Below, piece by piece: positions 46,888-59,600 of a stretch of 64,000 bases of DNA. The translations under genes were made by a program, and so were the position numbers. Source of the stretch: Chrysemys picta bellii (lineage: Eukaryota); the NCBI RefSeq assembly GCF_011386835.1, contig NC_088798.1:104718001-104782000 (forward strand). Direction: 5' to 3'. Below the pieces are notes generated by a model, which did no database searches, had not been told where the DNA came from, and saw only the letters and a program-made list of their open reading frames with translations. Positions within the stretch are counted from its first letter, which is position 1, and each line of letters opens with the position of its first letter.

Positions 46888-49800
46888 GACTGATGGCTGG
46901 AGGCCTCATCTCCCCCCTACCTCCCCTGACTCCTTCCTGACCGAGCAGGCTGAAAAGATATTAGCAAAAGACCAATTTGGGAGAGAGATAGCGAGCTGTG
47001 CAGTGCTCCCCGCAGCCTAATTGGTCCCAGGCACTGGGGAGAGCTGGGGCATGATAGAACGGCTGGTCAGACTCCAGAGATCCTCTTGGTCAGAGACCAG
47101 CAGAGGCAGCCTCCACGAAGGTTTGCAGCGTCTCTCCCTGGCTGTGACAGCCGTAACAGCAGGACTCAAGCTGCCTTTCCACTCCTGCCCATCCTTTCCT
47201 GTCTCCTGGCCCACAAGGAGCTGAGACTTCTTTTAAAATGAGTTTAGTGCCGGTGACAATTGCCTGATTGACAGCTCTGGGGAGCCACGTGCTCAGAGTC
47301 TCTGCAGAGCGGGGGTAGATCTTGCGGTTAGCACAATGGCATAGGACCCAGATCAGGATTCAGCTCCCAACTCTGCCACTGATGCCCTGGCTGCCCTTGG
47401 CAAAGTCACCGAGGGCCAGATTTTCCCAAGCGCTCAGCTCCCTATTCTATCTCGGGGTTCGTTCTGCACACCCCCATAGGCTCTCAGCTCCTTCCACGTA
47501 CAATCAGCGGCAACAGAAAGGCTCTCAGGAGCCTCTTGGCGTCTCTGCCAACTTCTCCTTTTTCGGGAAAAACTCTGCTTGCAGGAGGGATTTTTTAAAA
47601 ACAAGGGTTCATTTCTCTCTGTAGTGGGGTTTATTTAGACTGCTTCATTTCAGGGTTTCTTTGATTGGGGAATAAGGGGGGTCTTTTAGGCAGGTCGATA
47701 AGGGGCAGAGTTTCTGAAGTGCCCAGCAACCAGAAGCTCCCATTGCAACACGGGTGGCCAGGTTTTCAAGAGTTTAGCACCCCATGGGCTCCCACCCTGC
47801 TGAGTTCTTTCGAACATCCTTCGCCTCAGTGCTGCAGTTCCCCAGCTGTAAAATGGGGATAACACCTTCGCTCCCCCCACCCACCTGGGATAATTTAACC
47901 AGTGCTCTTGAGGGGCTCACAGACTATAATGATGGGGGCCAGATCTGTAGCTCGAAAACAATTGGTGAAAACAATTGGTGCAAACTCTCCCCCCACCCCC
48001 CAAGCTGCCTGTGTGTCTCTGTCCTGACAGGGAGGGGTAGGAGATGGGTAAGACGGTAGCTCAGTCAGTCCCTGGCTTCTCCACCGAGACAGCTGACAAG
48101 GAAGGCAAATCGTGGGGGTGCTTCCTATGGAGATCTGTGCGCTAGCCCCAGACCTGAGAGTCAACAGCTCCTTTCCGCCGGGAGGTGACCCTCGGGGCCG
48201 TCCGAGCCCACCCAGCATGCTGACGTAGGGTGGGAATTTCCATAGCATTAAGTGGCTTAGGAACATGAGTCCACACTGACCTGTGCTCCAGAGAGCATCC
48301 CAGCCAGGATCCCTTCCCCTGCCATCTGAATGTGAGCTCCAGAAAAACTTCAGCCAGCTCCAATGGGATCTCTAGGGCAGCTGAGGAGAGAAACACGGGC
48401 CAGCCCTGAAACACCCTCTGCTTCCAAAGGGCCCATGTTTGCCCTGCATCCGTTGTAGCGTAGGGCAAGGCATGTGTGACCCACAGCAGGAATCTGAGCT
48501 CTGTTCTCATACAGGAAAGGGCTTCTCACCGACTGCACTTATACACAACACCGTGAAGGGACCCTTGCTGCCAGTCTCCACATACCGTAAGGTCCTGGTA
48601 GCCGGCGTCTTCCCCTCTTTCCTAGTTTCAGGGAGGGTGCAGTACCTGCGGCAGCGCCATTCCAGCGGGGTCCCATTCTGGGTTCTGCAGCTGCTCCTCT
48701 GTTCTGGGACGAGGGTTTAACGCCCTCCCTCCCAAACACAGGGCAGGTTCTCTGCCCCCCATCTGTGGTGGGTCGATAGTTACAACCTTCCCACCGGTCA
48801 AGAAAAGGCTAAAGAACTCCTGTGGTCAGAATCCGCCCCAACCGGCCGCACCTGTCAGCCCAGCTAGCGCTCCTGGGCCAGGGGAGGAGATGCTGAGGAG
48901 CAGTTTGGGAGCACCGCCAACCTGAGGAGAGAAGATGGGCTGGTTTGTTTCTTTTGTTGAAAAACCTTGGCCACGCGAAGGGTGGGAACCAGCATTTCCC
49001 GCGGAGCCGGAGAGGCTGCTTCCCTCCTTTGTGTGCGGGAGGGGCCCGGCCCCTTCTGGGCCTGGGAATTACTTTCTTTTTTGGCTGGACTGTTTTATAC
49101 CCCTGGAAAAGGGCGGACTGTAAGGGCTGTACCCTACCTCCGGGCCAGGCCACAGGACTGCTGCTGCCCAGGGAACGATCTATGAGGTAAGTAGCCGCCT
49201 GCCCTGACCCCAAGGGGGCAACCTCAAGACACAACCCTTAACACCGTCCATGAGCCACTGACGCAATCCGTGCCGCAAGCCAAAGAAACGCACACGCCGC
49301 CACGTGGAAAATACTGACATTTCATTCTTTGGGTATCTTCCCCTCCCAGAACTGTGTTGTTACAGCCTTTAGCACACAGGCGTTACACACACACAGCTCC
49401 ACACTCCTGGTGCAAAGCTTAGGGGCAGTCTGTGGCACCAGCTAACGCTCCACTTGGTCTCTCCCGCCAGCATTCGCACGCCCAGTGGAAAGTGCTTGCG
49501 TGAATCCAATTAGTGCGTGTCAGCTCCCCAGCCATGCCGTTCTGGGCCGCCATCTCCTCTCGCCCCGCTTTACCGGTCTGCGTGGAGCACCGCAGTGCTC
49601 TGGGCACATTAGGGCACGGAGGAGGGGGGAAGGAAAGAGAAGACAGCCAGCGATGGGGCTGGCTTTACACATACCACTACAAACACAACGGGGACTTAGA
49701 AAGAAGCCACCCCTAGACGAGTAACAGCTACCCCAAAGTTAGCAGCCTCTGTTCGGCTTCCGCAGGAGGAGCTGGTATCACTGTGGCAAAGGGACATCAG

Positions 49801-52800
49801 CCACGTCTTCGGATGGATGCCAGACCCCGTGATGACTGGACCCCTAGCAGAGCACAGGGCCAGGGATTCTCGTCCCAGCCACTGTACTCTGAGCGAGTTG
49901 TAGGGTGGGACCCAAACATGGTTCAAATTCTCATTCAGCGGCAGGGGGGATTAACTCACTGCCACCAGTGCAGGCTTTGCTAACGGATGGTTCCTCATCT
50001 CAGACGGGCCCCGGGAGAGTCTCGGGGCTCTGAGCCCTCGGCGAGGGACGTGGGAGCACACACTTCAGGAGGCCACGTTGTCGTGACGCCTCCTATGACC
50101 GTCGCGCTTCTCGGAGCCAAGATTGATAGACTGTAAGGCCAGAAGGGACCCCTGGGGTGGCCTAGTCTGAGCTCTTAGACAGGTGCTTCTCTACCTAGTT
50201 CTTGAGCCTGCGTCAGCGCTCCCTTAGGCTGGTGTAACGCTGAGGTAGTTGCTCCTGTCACGTCAGTGTAAGCGAAAGGAGAATGGAGCCCACCAGAGCT
50301 GCCCCTGCCTGCTGCCATGCACCGTCTCTCTCTAGCCCTGGGCTCCGTAAGAAATGGGGCCGCAAGGAAAGGTACAAGATGGGGCAGCCGGGGAGCCGTA
50401 ATTAGTCAGTACTGAGTGAGCAATGACTTCTCCATTGTTCCCGAGAGCCCCGCTAAGTTCCCCTCACTCAGGCCCCAGGGCTTATGGGGGTTCTAGAAAG
50501 ACAGGCAAAGGTCTGAGACATCTTCAGGGGATCTTGTCTATCCCTCTCACAGACTGAGCTACGCAGAGCAGAACAGACTGGTTTCCCCCCAGCCCCCGTT
50601 GTGCCAACACTCGGCTCTCAGCGAGGATTGACCCTGTAGCAGTTCATGTTCTAGACACAGCTTCCTCCCGTCCCCCCGCCCCATTTGTTCACAAAGATGG
50701 TCGAGGAGAAATGCTTAGAATAGAATATCAGAGTTGGAAGGGACCTTAAGAGGTCATCTAGTCCAACCCCCTGCTTGTTAGTTGCGGTGTCAGTGATCTA
50801 GAGCATTTTTGTGCAATGTCTAAAAGACCCTCCTGGGGCCTGGAGTTTATAAAGGAAAGAGGCACAGAAGAGAACGAGAAAATGAAAAAGTGAGGAGGAA
50901 GAGAAGGGACAGGGAAGGAGGGGGAAGATCTTGAATTCCCCCCCTCCCCACTCCCACCCCCCCCCCCCGTGGAAACAGGCAGCTCCCAGACACAGAAAAA
51001 CCTCATTTCAGTGTGAAAATAGTGACCCTTCTTTGGGAAAATGGCCAATTTTCACCTGAAGCAAATTTCCAAATTGCCCAGGTCGCTTAGTGGGCTGAAC
51101 GGAATCGCGTGACTCTCCAAGCCCTGCCGGCTAGCACAGAAATGATGACAAAATTTCCGCGTGGGCCAAACTCTCACCAAAGAAACAGCCATTCTCCCAG
51201 GTAAATCTCGGCCAGGCCGACAGGGGTGGGTCTGCCCAGCCTGGCCGTCAGGTTGCGTGAGAACAAACTTGGAACAAACTCTTCCCACTTGACAAAACAG
51301 GACAATGGGAGCTGGAGGCATCGGGGCTCACTGGTTGAGAATTTTCAGAGTTCGGTGGTGTATGGGCCCTGCGTGGACAAGATGCCCGGTGGCCGTGACT
51401 CCGGTGTGAAGTGAGCATGGGGTTTTCGGCGTGCACAGACGCCTGTTCGCAGCCATTGTGAATTCTTCCAGGATCACCGTCATTTCCACAGCAATGGTGG
51501 GGAGAATTAAAAGGTTCACAAGGGGAGTAAACAACAGGAGCAGGTGAGCTCGCAAGGAACCAAGATTCTTTTCCAGGAGGTGTCCTGGAGCTACGAGAGA
51601 GAAAGGGGGTGAGTGTAGAGTGCAGCGGACAATACTTTGCGAACGACCGGGAGGCATCAGGGGCTCTTTGTACAGAGTGAATCCAATATGACGTCAAGGG
51701 GCCAGAGTCATATTTACAAAAAGGCTCCTTGACACCACACTGGCAAGTGGAAAGGAGTCTTAAAGGGGGAATAAATTACATTTGTGCCTTCTTTCCGGCC
51801 CTTTTACCCTGCCAGAGTGATGTCAAGGAGCCCAAGCGTAAGAGGAGATCTGGCGCCGCTGTGATGGGGTATAAACCTCCAGCTTGGTTAACCCAGCCTG
51901 AGCCCTGTTAGGCCACTGGGTGGCACCTGGAGGGGTGTTAGATGTAACTGGAGCTGGGCCTTCATAAGGGAAGGAGCAGAGCAGAAAGAAAGGCCAGGGA
52001 GGAGACCCAGGAGAGAGGTAGACCTAGGACTGTCTTCTCTTGGGCTAAGGGCAGAGAGGAGGCCAGAGCCAGAACTAGAAGGTGATGGCCCTTGAGGAAG
52101 CCTGGGGCAATAGGACTGTTGTCCTGAGCCAGGAGGAAGCAGGAGGCAGTGACAGCAAAGTCTAAGGGGGATTTGGACTGAAGCTTGGAGGACTGTGAAG
52201 AGGAGCTGCAGAAGGGGACAGGCACCTGCGGCAGCCCCTGAGGAGGGCAGATTCCAGGGAGGGAAGCCCTGGGAGGCAGTGCTCTGCCCCCCCATCTCCT
52301 CCCCAGAAGCACTACTGGACCACATGATCCATCCGCAGGCAGGGCTGGGATTTCTGAGACGGGGGCATGTTTGCTACAATCCCTCTTCCCCTCTGCTGCT
52401 CCCCAAACGCCTGCTGAAGGCGCTCACTGGTCCAGCTCTGGTTGCCACTGCTATGCAGTTTCCAGGGACAGGGGGTCCATGGGCCACCCTATGAAGCTGG
52501 AACCATCTGCTCCCAGAAAGCCTGGGCAGTGAGTGCACCAGGGAGAGACCAGCTCTGTCCACCTCTTGCCCACTGCGTTACCTTTCCCCATCCTCACCCG
52601 GCCCAGCAGACATTCCCCCTCTTTGCCGCCTCGGGCACCACTTCGGGTGCCTGCTACAGGCCATGGGAGCCGTTTCTCCAGCTGGGAACAGCAGGCTGGC
52701 TGCTTCTTCCGAAGCCGGTGTTGCTTCTTGGCCAGCAGGGGGCACCATCTTCTGCCCGTGACAACCCTGAGCCTGGGTCACACAGAGCAGCACATTCCAG

Positions 52801-53526
52801 CTCCGAGACTCTCAAAACTTTCCTTGCGGGGTTGTTCTCGAAGAATACCAGAGAGAGACGCCTAGGGGTCGCCTGACCCGCTGCGTGCCTGTGTACACCA
52901 CAAAGCTGCCCCGCGGGGGCTGATGCTGGACTCAGCTAGGTGCTGTTTTCAACAGCTCCATCTGAGACGAGCATCCTTCTCTTTGGTTCTGGTTAGAGCT
53001 GGACCCGAGCGGCGAACTTCAGCCCTGGAGCCTGATCCAAACTTCCCCAAAAGCGGAGGCTGTTCAGATGCAGGGCTCCGGTTCGGATTCACCTGGGCAA
53101 ACCAGTGCGGGGAACAGACCTCTTCTTCCCCACCCCAAATGCACCGGAGAGCCCTTTGGCTCCCCTTCTAACCACCGCTACTGACTGAGATGTGAAGCCA
53201 GGGGCAGCCAGGACATCTCGCGCCGCACGGGTCTAGGTTCTGGGGTGTCTCGTAAGCTCCCCCATGTTCAGAGTCAGACAGGGGGACACACAGGAGGGGT
53301 AAAAGCACTTTGAAAAGGTCCCGAGAAATACTGCACTGTTCACTTAGAGGGCGGCCGTCCCAAGGTTAGAAGTCTGAGGAACTCCCCTTCTACCGGACAG
53401 AGTCCCCATGACAGCAGCTCTGGGCCTGTGCAATAAAGGAAGGGCTAAAACGAGGGGTGGAAGAGTCTCTGGTGCCCCTCGCTTGCGTCCTCATCCCAGC
53501 AGCCTCCGTCGCCGCTTCCCGGAGCG

Positions 53527-53695
53527 CTACGTGGCGATGAGTGGCACCTCGCTGGAGGGGATGGGGAAGGTGGGGGAGGAGTCACCGTTCAGGACCCTGT
53601 ATAGCAGCTCTTCCTTCTCCCGGTGCGCCTGCTCCCGCAGCTGGGACTCCTTGTCCAGGGCCTCCCGAACCACCAGGAGCTTGTCAGACAGTTGC
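53527..53695 (-). CDS. CCDC69: CCDC69 exon 9 (terminal coding part)
   Basis: RQLSDKLLVVREALDKESQLREQAHREKEELLYRVLNGDSSPTFPIPSSEVPLIAT*. Confidence 0.94.
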
Positions 53696-56600
53696 CTGCA
53701 AAGAAACAGCAGGTGATGAAGCGGGCAGGGGACTGGACTCGATGACCTCTCGAGGTCCCTTCCAGTCCTAGAATCTATGAATCTATGAGCTGAAGTGGTA
53801 AGAACCCCGGAGTGAGATAAAGACGGGGATCAGGGCCCCGCCAGCCGTTCTGATCACTGCCAAAAGAGGCCAGGGCAGGGGGGGCATGGAATGGTCTTGA
53901 AAAGGGGTGGGGTGGATTATAGGCACTCCCAAAGCCAGTTAGGTACTGTGCCAAGTCACGGTCTTCCTCACACATACACACTCTCACCAGAGCCAGACTG
54001 GTGCTGTGCAAGGTCATGGTCTCTCTCCCTCTTCCACACCCCCCGAGCCGGATGGGTGCTAGGCAAGCCCACGTTCGTACATGTTCACCTGAACCAGACC
54101 AGTGCTCTGCAAAGTCACACACCCACAGGGGGCCTGGCTTGTGCACCTCAGCCCCTACTATCATAGCTCTACTCAGCTATCGCCCTCTGACCTGCAGCTT
54201 CTGTGCTAGCTTTGATGCCATGATCACACCTGCCGTTTGGGTCCTGTCCCCGCATCTAGTTATCAGCCTATAATTCAGAAAACAGCCTGTCCTGAGTGCA
54301 AGTCAAACCTAGCCCAGAGCTCAGCCCGTGAGCGCCGACGCTGGCAGCAGGTAGCTTGTTCTGCACTAGGCTGCGGATGTTACCTTGTCATTGTCAAGTG
54401 GTTCTGTGTCTGAACGTGCAGATCCTCGTTCTCCTGCTGAAGGGTTTTCACTTTCTCCTCCAGAAGCAGGTTCCTCTCCATCTGTGACATCCCAGAAGGG
54501 TTTGGGAAGGGAGGATTCAAAGGAGAGGTCAAGGGTCAGAAGTGACATGGATTTGGCAACAGACGATCCCCTACGCTGGTTAATGAGGTCCTGCCTAAGC
54601 GCCAACGTCAAAACGTTGGTGGTTACTGACAAAAGTTGCCTCTATGCGAGTTTAGTGATGCATAGCAGCAACCTGCTGTGTATGCCAGCAAGCACCCAGC
54701 TCCAATTAGTGCAGTCCTCCATCTGCTGGCTTCCCCCACTGGGTCTGCGCCCGACACGTTAGCTCGGCTGAGAGGCCAGCCAGGACAGAAAGCTGCCCCT
54801 AGGCAGCAGGTGAGCCAGAGGGGAATGCGCCTGGAGAACGCGGTTTGCATTCAGGTAGGTGGAACGCTCTCCTGCGAGCTGTGCTTTTCCATCTCCGCTA
54901 TTGCTGCCCCTGGAAAGGAGTCCATGCACTTTTTGGTAGAACCACATCAAACCCACCACTGTTTCCAAGTTCAGCAGCTTCTTGTCCAGGTCATGGATGC
55001 GTTCGTTCTTCATCTCTATGACAAAATGCAGACTCTCCAGTTCTTGCTCCCAGAAGTGGCTGGGGCTCCCATAATCCTAGAAGGGGAGAAAGAAAACGCA
55101 TGAGTCCCCCACTGACTGGAGAGGTTGGAGGGGCTAATGCATGGTTCTGGTTTGGTTCTTTATTCCTGAACGGAGATGAGCCAAGATGACGACCGTTAGG
55201 AGTCATAATTGTCCAGTGTTCTCAGTCCTGGAATGATAGGATTCTTACCCCATAAAATGTGCTTACTAGTGTTCATCCATACCCTACAGTTTTACGGCAT
55301 TTGCACTAGGCACCTGAGTGCAAGGAGCTTGAACTACCTGCATAATGCACATAATGTGTACCCTTAATTTTCTTATGATCTACTTCCTATCCCTTTGCTT
55401 ACTTCAACCATACTACAGGTTTACCAGGCACTACGAACACTGCCCTCTCCAGATCCAGTGATGGGGAGTCTTCCAGGGAGGCCTCTATTAAGCTTTTATT
55501 TTGGTGACAAAGCATTTATAGCATACAGATGCTTCTATGACTAAGTTTGAGCTGTCCATTGCCACAACTGCGAATCCAACAGGCTTGCTCGGAGACCCCG
55601 GCAAATGACGGGTTAAAGCAATACCTTCCCAAGAGGCCACAGTTTGTTTGTTTTCCTGCACCTGAATATGTTTCTTATAGTCTCTGCTCAAGATCGATTC
55701 CTCCACCCGTTTCATTTTCTCCTGGAAGGATTTCAGCTGGGAATTTAACCTGTCAATCGTCTCCTAGGGCAGAAGAGAAAGGAAGAGGGATGTGATTATG
55801 AGTCCTGTTTTATGACCTCCCCTCCAGCAGGGGCACTGTTTATATAAGGGAAGAAAATTACCTATTGCATTGTACAGAGGAGGCAGGAGTCAAACTGCAA
55901 GACATTTCACAATGAATAACAAAGTCCCATGTAGCAGTTCCCTAATACAGTATTTAATGGCAGCAGGGAGCAATTCCCACTATAATGCCTTCTGCCATCC
56001 TGGCTTCCCTGGTTACAATGGGTCAGTCGGTAACCACGGGAGAGATCTCTTTATAATTAGCACTTCCTGGGTTGCTTGCATAAGAACAGACTCCCGGACT
56101 CTGCCAAGTCTGCTCTGAGTCACAGTATGGCAGTTAGGCGGCTTGTTCGCACCAGTTTCACTTCTGGAGTGTTCCGGTTACAGACTTGCCTGCCAGTAGA
56201 GATGTGCCCTAACCAGAACCTAAGCTCTGAGCACCATTAACAACATGGAGACATTCCAAACACAACCCACCTGTCCCCTATGTCAATAGTGGTGTGATGG
56301 GGTGTCTGCCCCATACCAGCATGCAAGGGGTTAATAGAGCTCTAGAGAGGCTACGCAGGAAGCAGCCAATAGGAGAGGGACTGGAAGCAGCAGACAATCA
56401 GGCTGCAGGCCAGAGCAGGGTCAGTGACTCCCTGGAACTCAAGGAGGGAGGACTGGGTGCCTTGCAGGTGGAGGGAAGCTAGCACCCTGGACAGAGCAGG
56501 GCAGGAACAGGGGAGCCAGAGGGAGCACCTGGCTGGCTGCTAGGACTGGCATGCTGTGGCGAGGGTGAAGAAGGTGCTGGAGCTGTGGGGAACTCTGCAC

Positions 56601-59600
56601 TTTTTTGATTGAGCCAGTGAAGGACTGTTTTCTGTTTTGGAATGTAAAGCCCAGGTGGCCATTTTGATTTAAATATCTATTTGACTGCTGCAAAATTAAG
56701 GCAAGATCACTTTGTGAGAGGCCCCTCTGGGCTCATTCCCACAAACAGCCAGCCTGGGTTACTCCAAGGGTGGTGGGCTCCGGGCAGCACAAACAACCTT
56801 TGTTTTCTCAATTTGGCTCTTGTGAAAGTGAGGGGCCGACTGTGCTGTTTTACCCCCGGGATAGTTCAGGCAGGTCCCTTGCAAGCTTCTCCCAGCACCC
56901 TCAGACCTGTGCGCTGAATCTAAAGAGCTCTGCTCCACGGGGAATTGCTCAGCAAGCCAAAGCAAGGGGGCCAGCACCTGTAAGGAAGACTGGGCCGTTT
57001 GGTAGGATTCCCTTAAGAGCAGCATCTCCTGGTCATGGGCCCTCTGGACTTCTGCAGGGAAAACATAAAATCAGTGTCAGAATCAGGAGACAGGAAAGCA
57101 AGCCCTGCCCAAGCCCCTTACCCGCATAGAATGGCAGTAGATGGCACTGCCATAAAGGGGGGACCCGAGTTACTCTGGGCTAAGAGTCAGCAGAGGCTTG
57201 GGACTGTAAGCAGAGGAAATGCCGTTTTCTGGGGCAGCCTTGCAGTTGGGAGCTCCCTGGAGGACTCGCTCAGCTAAAGTCACAGGGCTGCTAGCTGCGT
57301 GATTGCTACGCTAAGGAGAGAGGCAATATGTCGCCCGTAGCGAGAGGAGAAAGAGAGGGAATGACCCCATCACCAGTCACAGCCGTACTGCTGAGACTGG
57401 GTGACCACATCTCGCATGGTTGGCTGCAGTGTAAACGCTCCCAGCTCCCAGAGAAGCATCCTGCTCCGATGGAAGGAGTCTCCTTTTTGAAGAATTTTAG
57501 GTTTATTTCAGAGGCACTGGCAGTGTAATACCCCAGTGGGGTCAATTTTCCAGACCTTAGGTTGGGTTTCTACAAACGCTCCATGCTAGTTAATGAAATA
57601 CAGAGTAATATCTCCTGCCAGCATTTCTCCATGCCCCTCCCAGGGTCCTCTCCCTCATGGCTTGGAGAGGTGCAGACAAGATAACAGTAAGGGAGCACCA
57701 CGGCAGCCCTGAGAGCATGACAGGTGACAGTATGGTAATCCAGAGGGCATGGGAGGTGCTTGCCAATGGGGTCAGTCAAAGAGCGGGCAGATCTCTTGGC
57801 AGGGCCGTCCCTAGCTATTCTGGGGCCCTACTCAGCCCACTCGCGGGGGTGGGTGGGGCCCCAGGCCTCGGGGGGGGGGGGGGGAAGAGGCTGGTCCCAG
57901 GCCTCGGGGGGGGGGCGGGGCTGGCTGGAACCACCCCCCAGCGGCACGGCTGGGGTCGGGTCGCTGCACTTCCTGCCGCCGGTGAGTGCAGGCCCAGCCC
58001 TGCTGCAGTCCTCAGGGGAGTGGGGGCAGAGCAGGGGCGGGAAGAGGCGGGGCTGGGGCGGGAAGGGGCGGGGCAGGGTTGGGGTGGAACAGGGGTGGGA
58101 AGAGGCAGGGCAGGGAAGAGGCAGGGCTGGGGCGGAGCAGGGGCTGGAGCAGCTCCCAACTGCGCAGGGCACCAGGAAATGTGGTGCCCCAAATTCCCTG
58201 GTGCCCTACGCAGCTGCGTACTTTGCGTCTGGGTAAGGATGGCCCTGTCTCTTGAACACACAACATCTAATGAAAATGCTGAATATTCATTACAGGAGCG
58301 ATCGGCCTCTGCTCAAGAGAGCCAAGGAGGTTGGAGAGGAGAAGACATGCAAGAGCAGCCCTGTGAGAAGTTTAAACCCTAGCGGTGGGGGCGTAGCGGG
58401 AAGCCAGCGCCCAGCAAAGGAGAGACTGGGGCCTTACCTCGGAGGTTCTCTTCATGCTCTCTGTTCAGTGTGTCGAACTGCTTGGAGAGCTGCTTGTTAA
58501 GCTCTAAATCTCTTTCCTTTTCCACCTAGAAACAAAGTGAGCAACAAGCCCTAAGTATCCGGGGATCTCAGAGAAATAAGTGTACCTGCCTGTGCAATCT
58601 CTTATTTATCTCCTGGGCGGCAGATCCAGTTTCCTGTTCCTATTTTCATGAATGAATTTAACTGTGGTGCTTATGACAGTGAGGGGTTAATATCACTGGC
58701 AACCATATACACTGGGGGAAGGGGAAAGAGCATCACACACAGCTCTGCTAGGACAGCTGACCTACGACTCCCTGGACTTTTCCAGGATTTCCTAGACAAC
58801 TGCCCTTTTTGCTGAGCTCTGCGAGATCAGTAAAAGGGGGACAAGGAGTGAACCACTGAGCTCAGTTTCGCTCACGACGAAGGCCATGATTTTGGCGTGT
58901 AAATTTCACAACAGAGTGCAGGGGAAAAAACAAGTCAGAGAAGGGGGAGAGCTCACCTTGCAGCAGCAGCTGTGATGTCCTGGGCCTAGACACAGCTTCC
59001 TGGCACTGTGAGCTGGGGAATGGGTCACAGCACCTCTCAGGCTGGGTCTGTCCGCCCCTCCGTAGGTGGAGCCGGAGGGGCCAAACCTGAATAGCGCTGC
59101 GACCCCGGTGCACCAGGTCACATGTGTTTTTACAGCCATTTCTGAGATTTCACGGACTTTATTCAAATTCACGATTTTCGTGAACTCCATGACAAAACTG
59201 TATCCTTACTTGTGGCCTTAGGTGTCTAGAAGTGGAAATCTGAGGACACTAACCTACAATACTGAGTCTGCTAACCCTGGGGAAGGCAGATCGGTGCTAT
59301 AACTGGGGGAGCAGGCCAGCTGGCTCTGAATGCGAGATCAGGGCCGGAAGGGGAATGTCAAAGCCTCCTAGCTGACCACCCAAAGGATCTCACGCTGTCT
59401 GGTGTCTTTGGAGACTATCAGGTCATCAAGGTCCTGCTATATACTACTCCCTAGCTCTGAACCTGTGGGAGTGGTGCAGTGTGAAGGTCAGGAAGCAGAA
59501 GCATGAATGCCCAGGACTGGGGTGACTGCGCTGGGACACTAGACAGACACTCTTGGGGTGGGGAAGCCACTTTGATCCAACCTGGATTTTAACGTCTTGG

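Noticed and set aside
48935-49192. Possible plus-strand exon ending at GAG|GTAAGT (49187)
   Set aside because: Strong donor but no convincing acceptor, partner exon or protein similarity.
54366-54632. 88-aa minus-strand ORF (MSVTTNV...)
   Set aside because: Alternative frame over CCDC69 exon 8 and adjacent intron.
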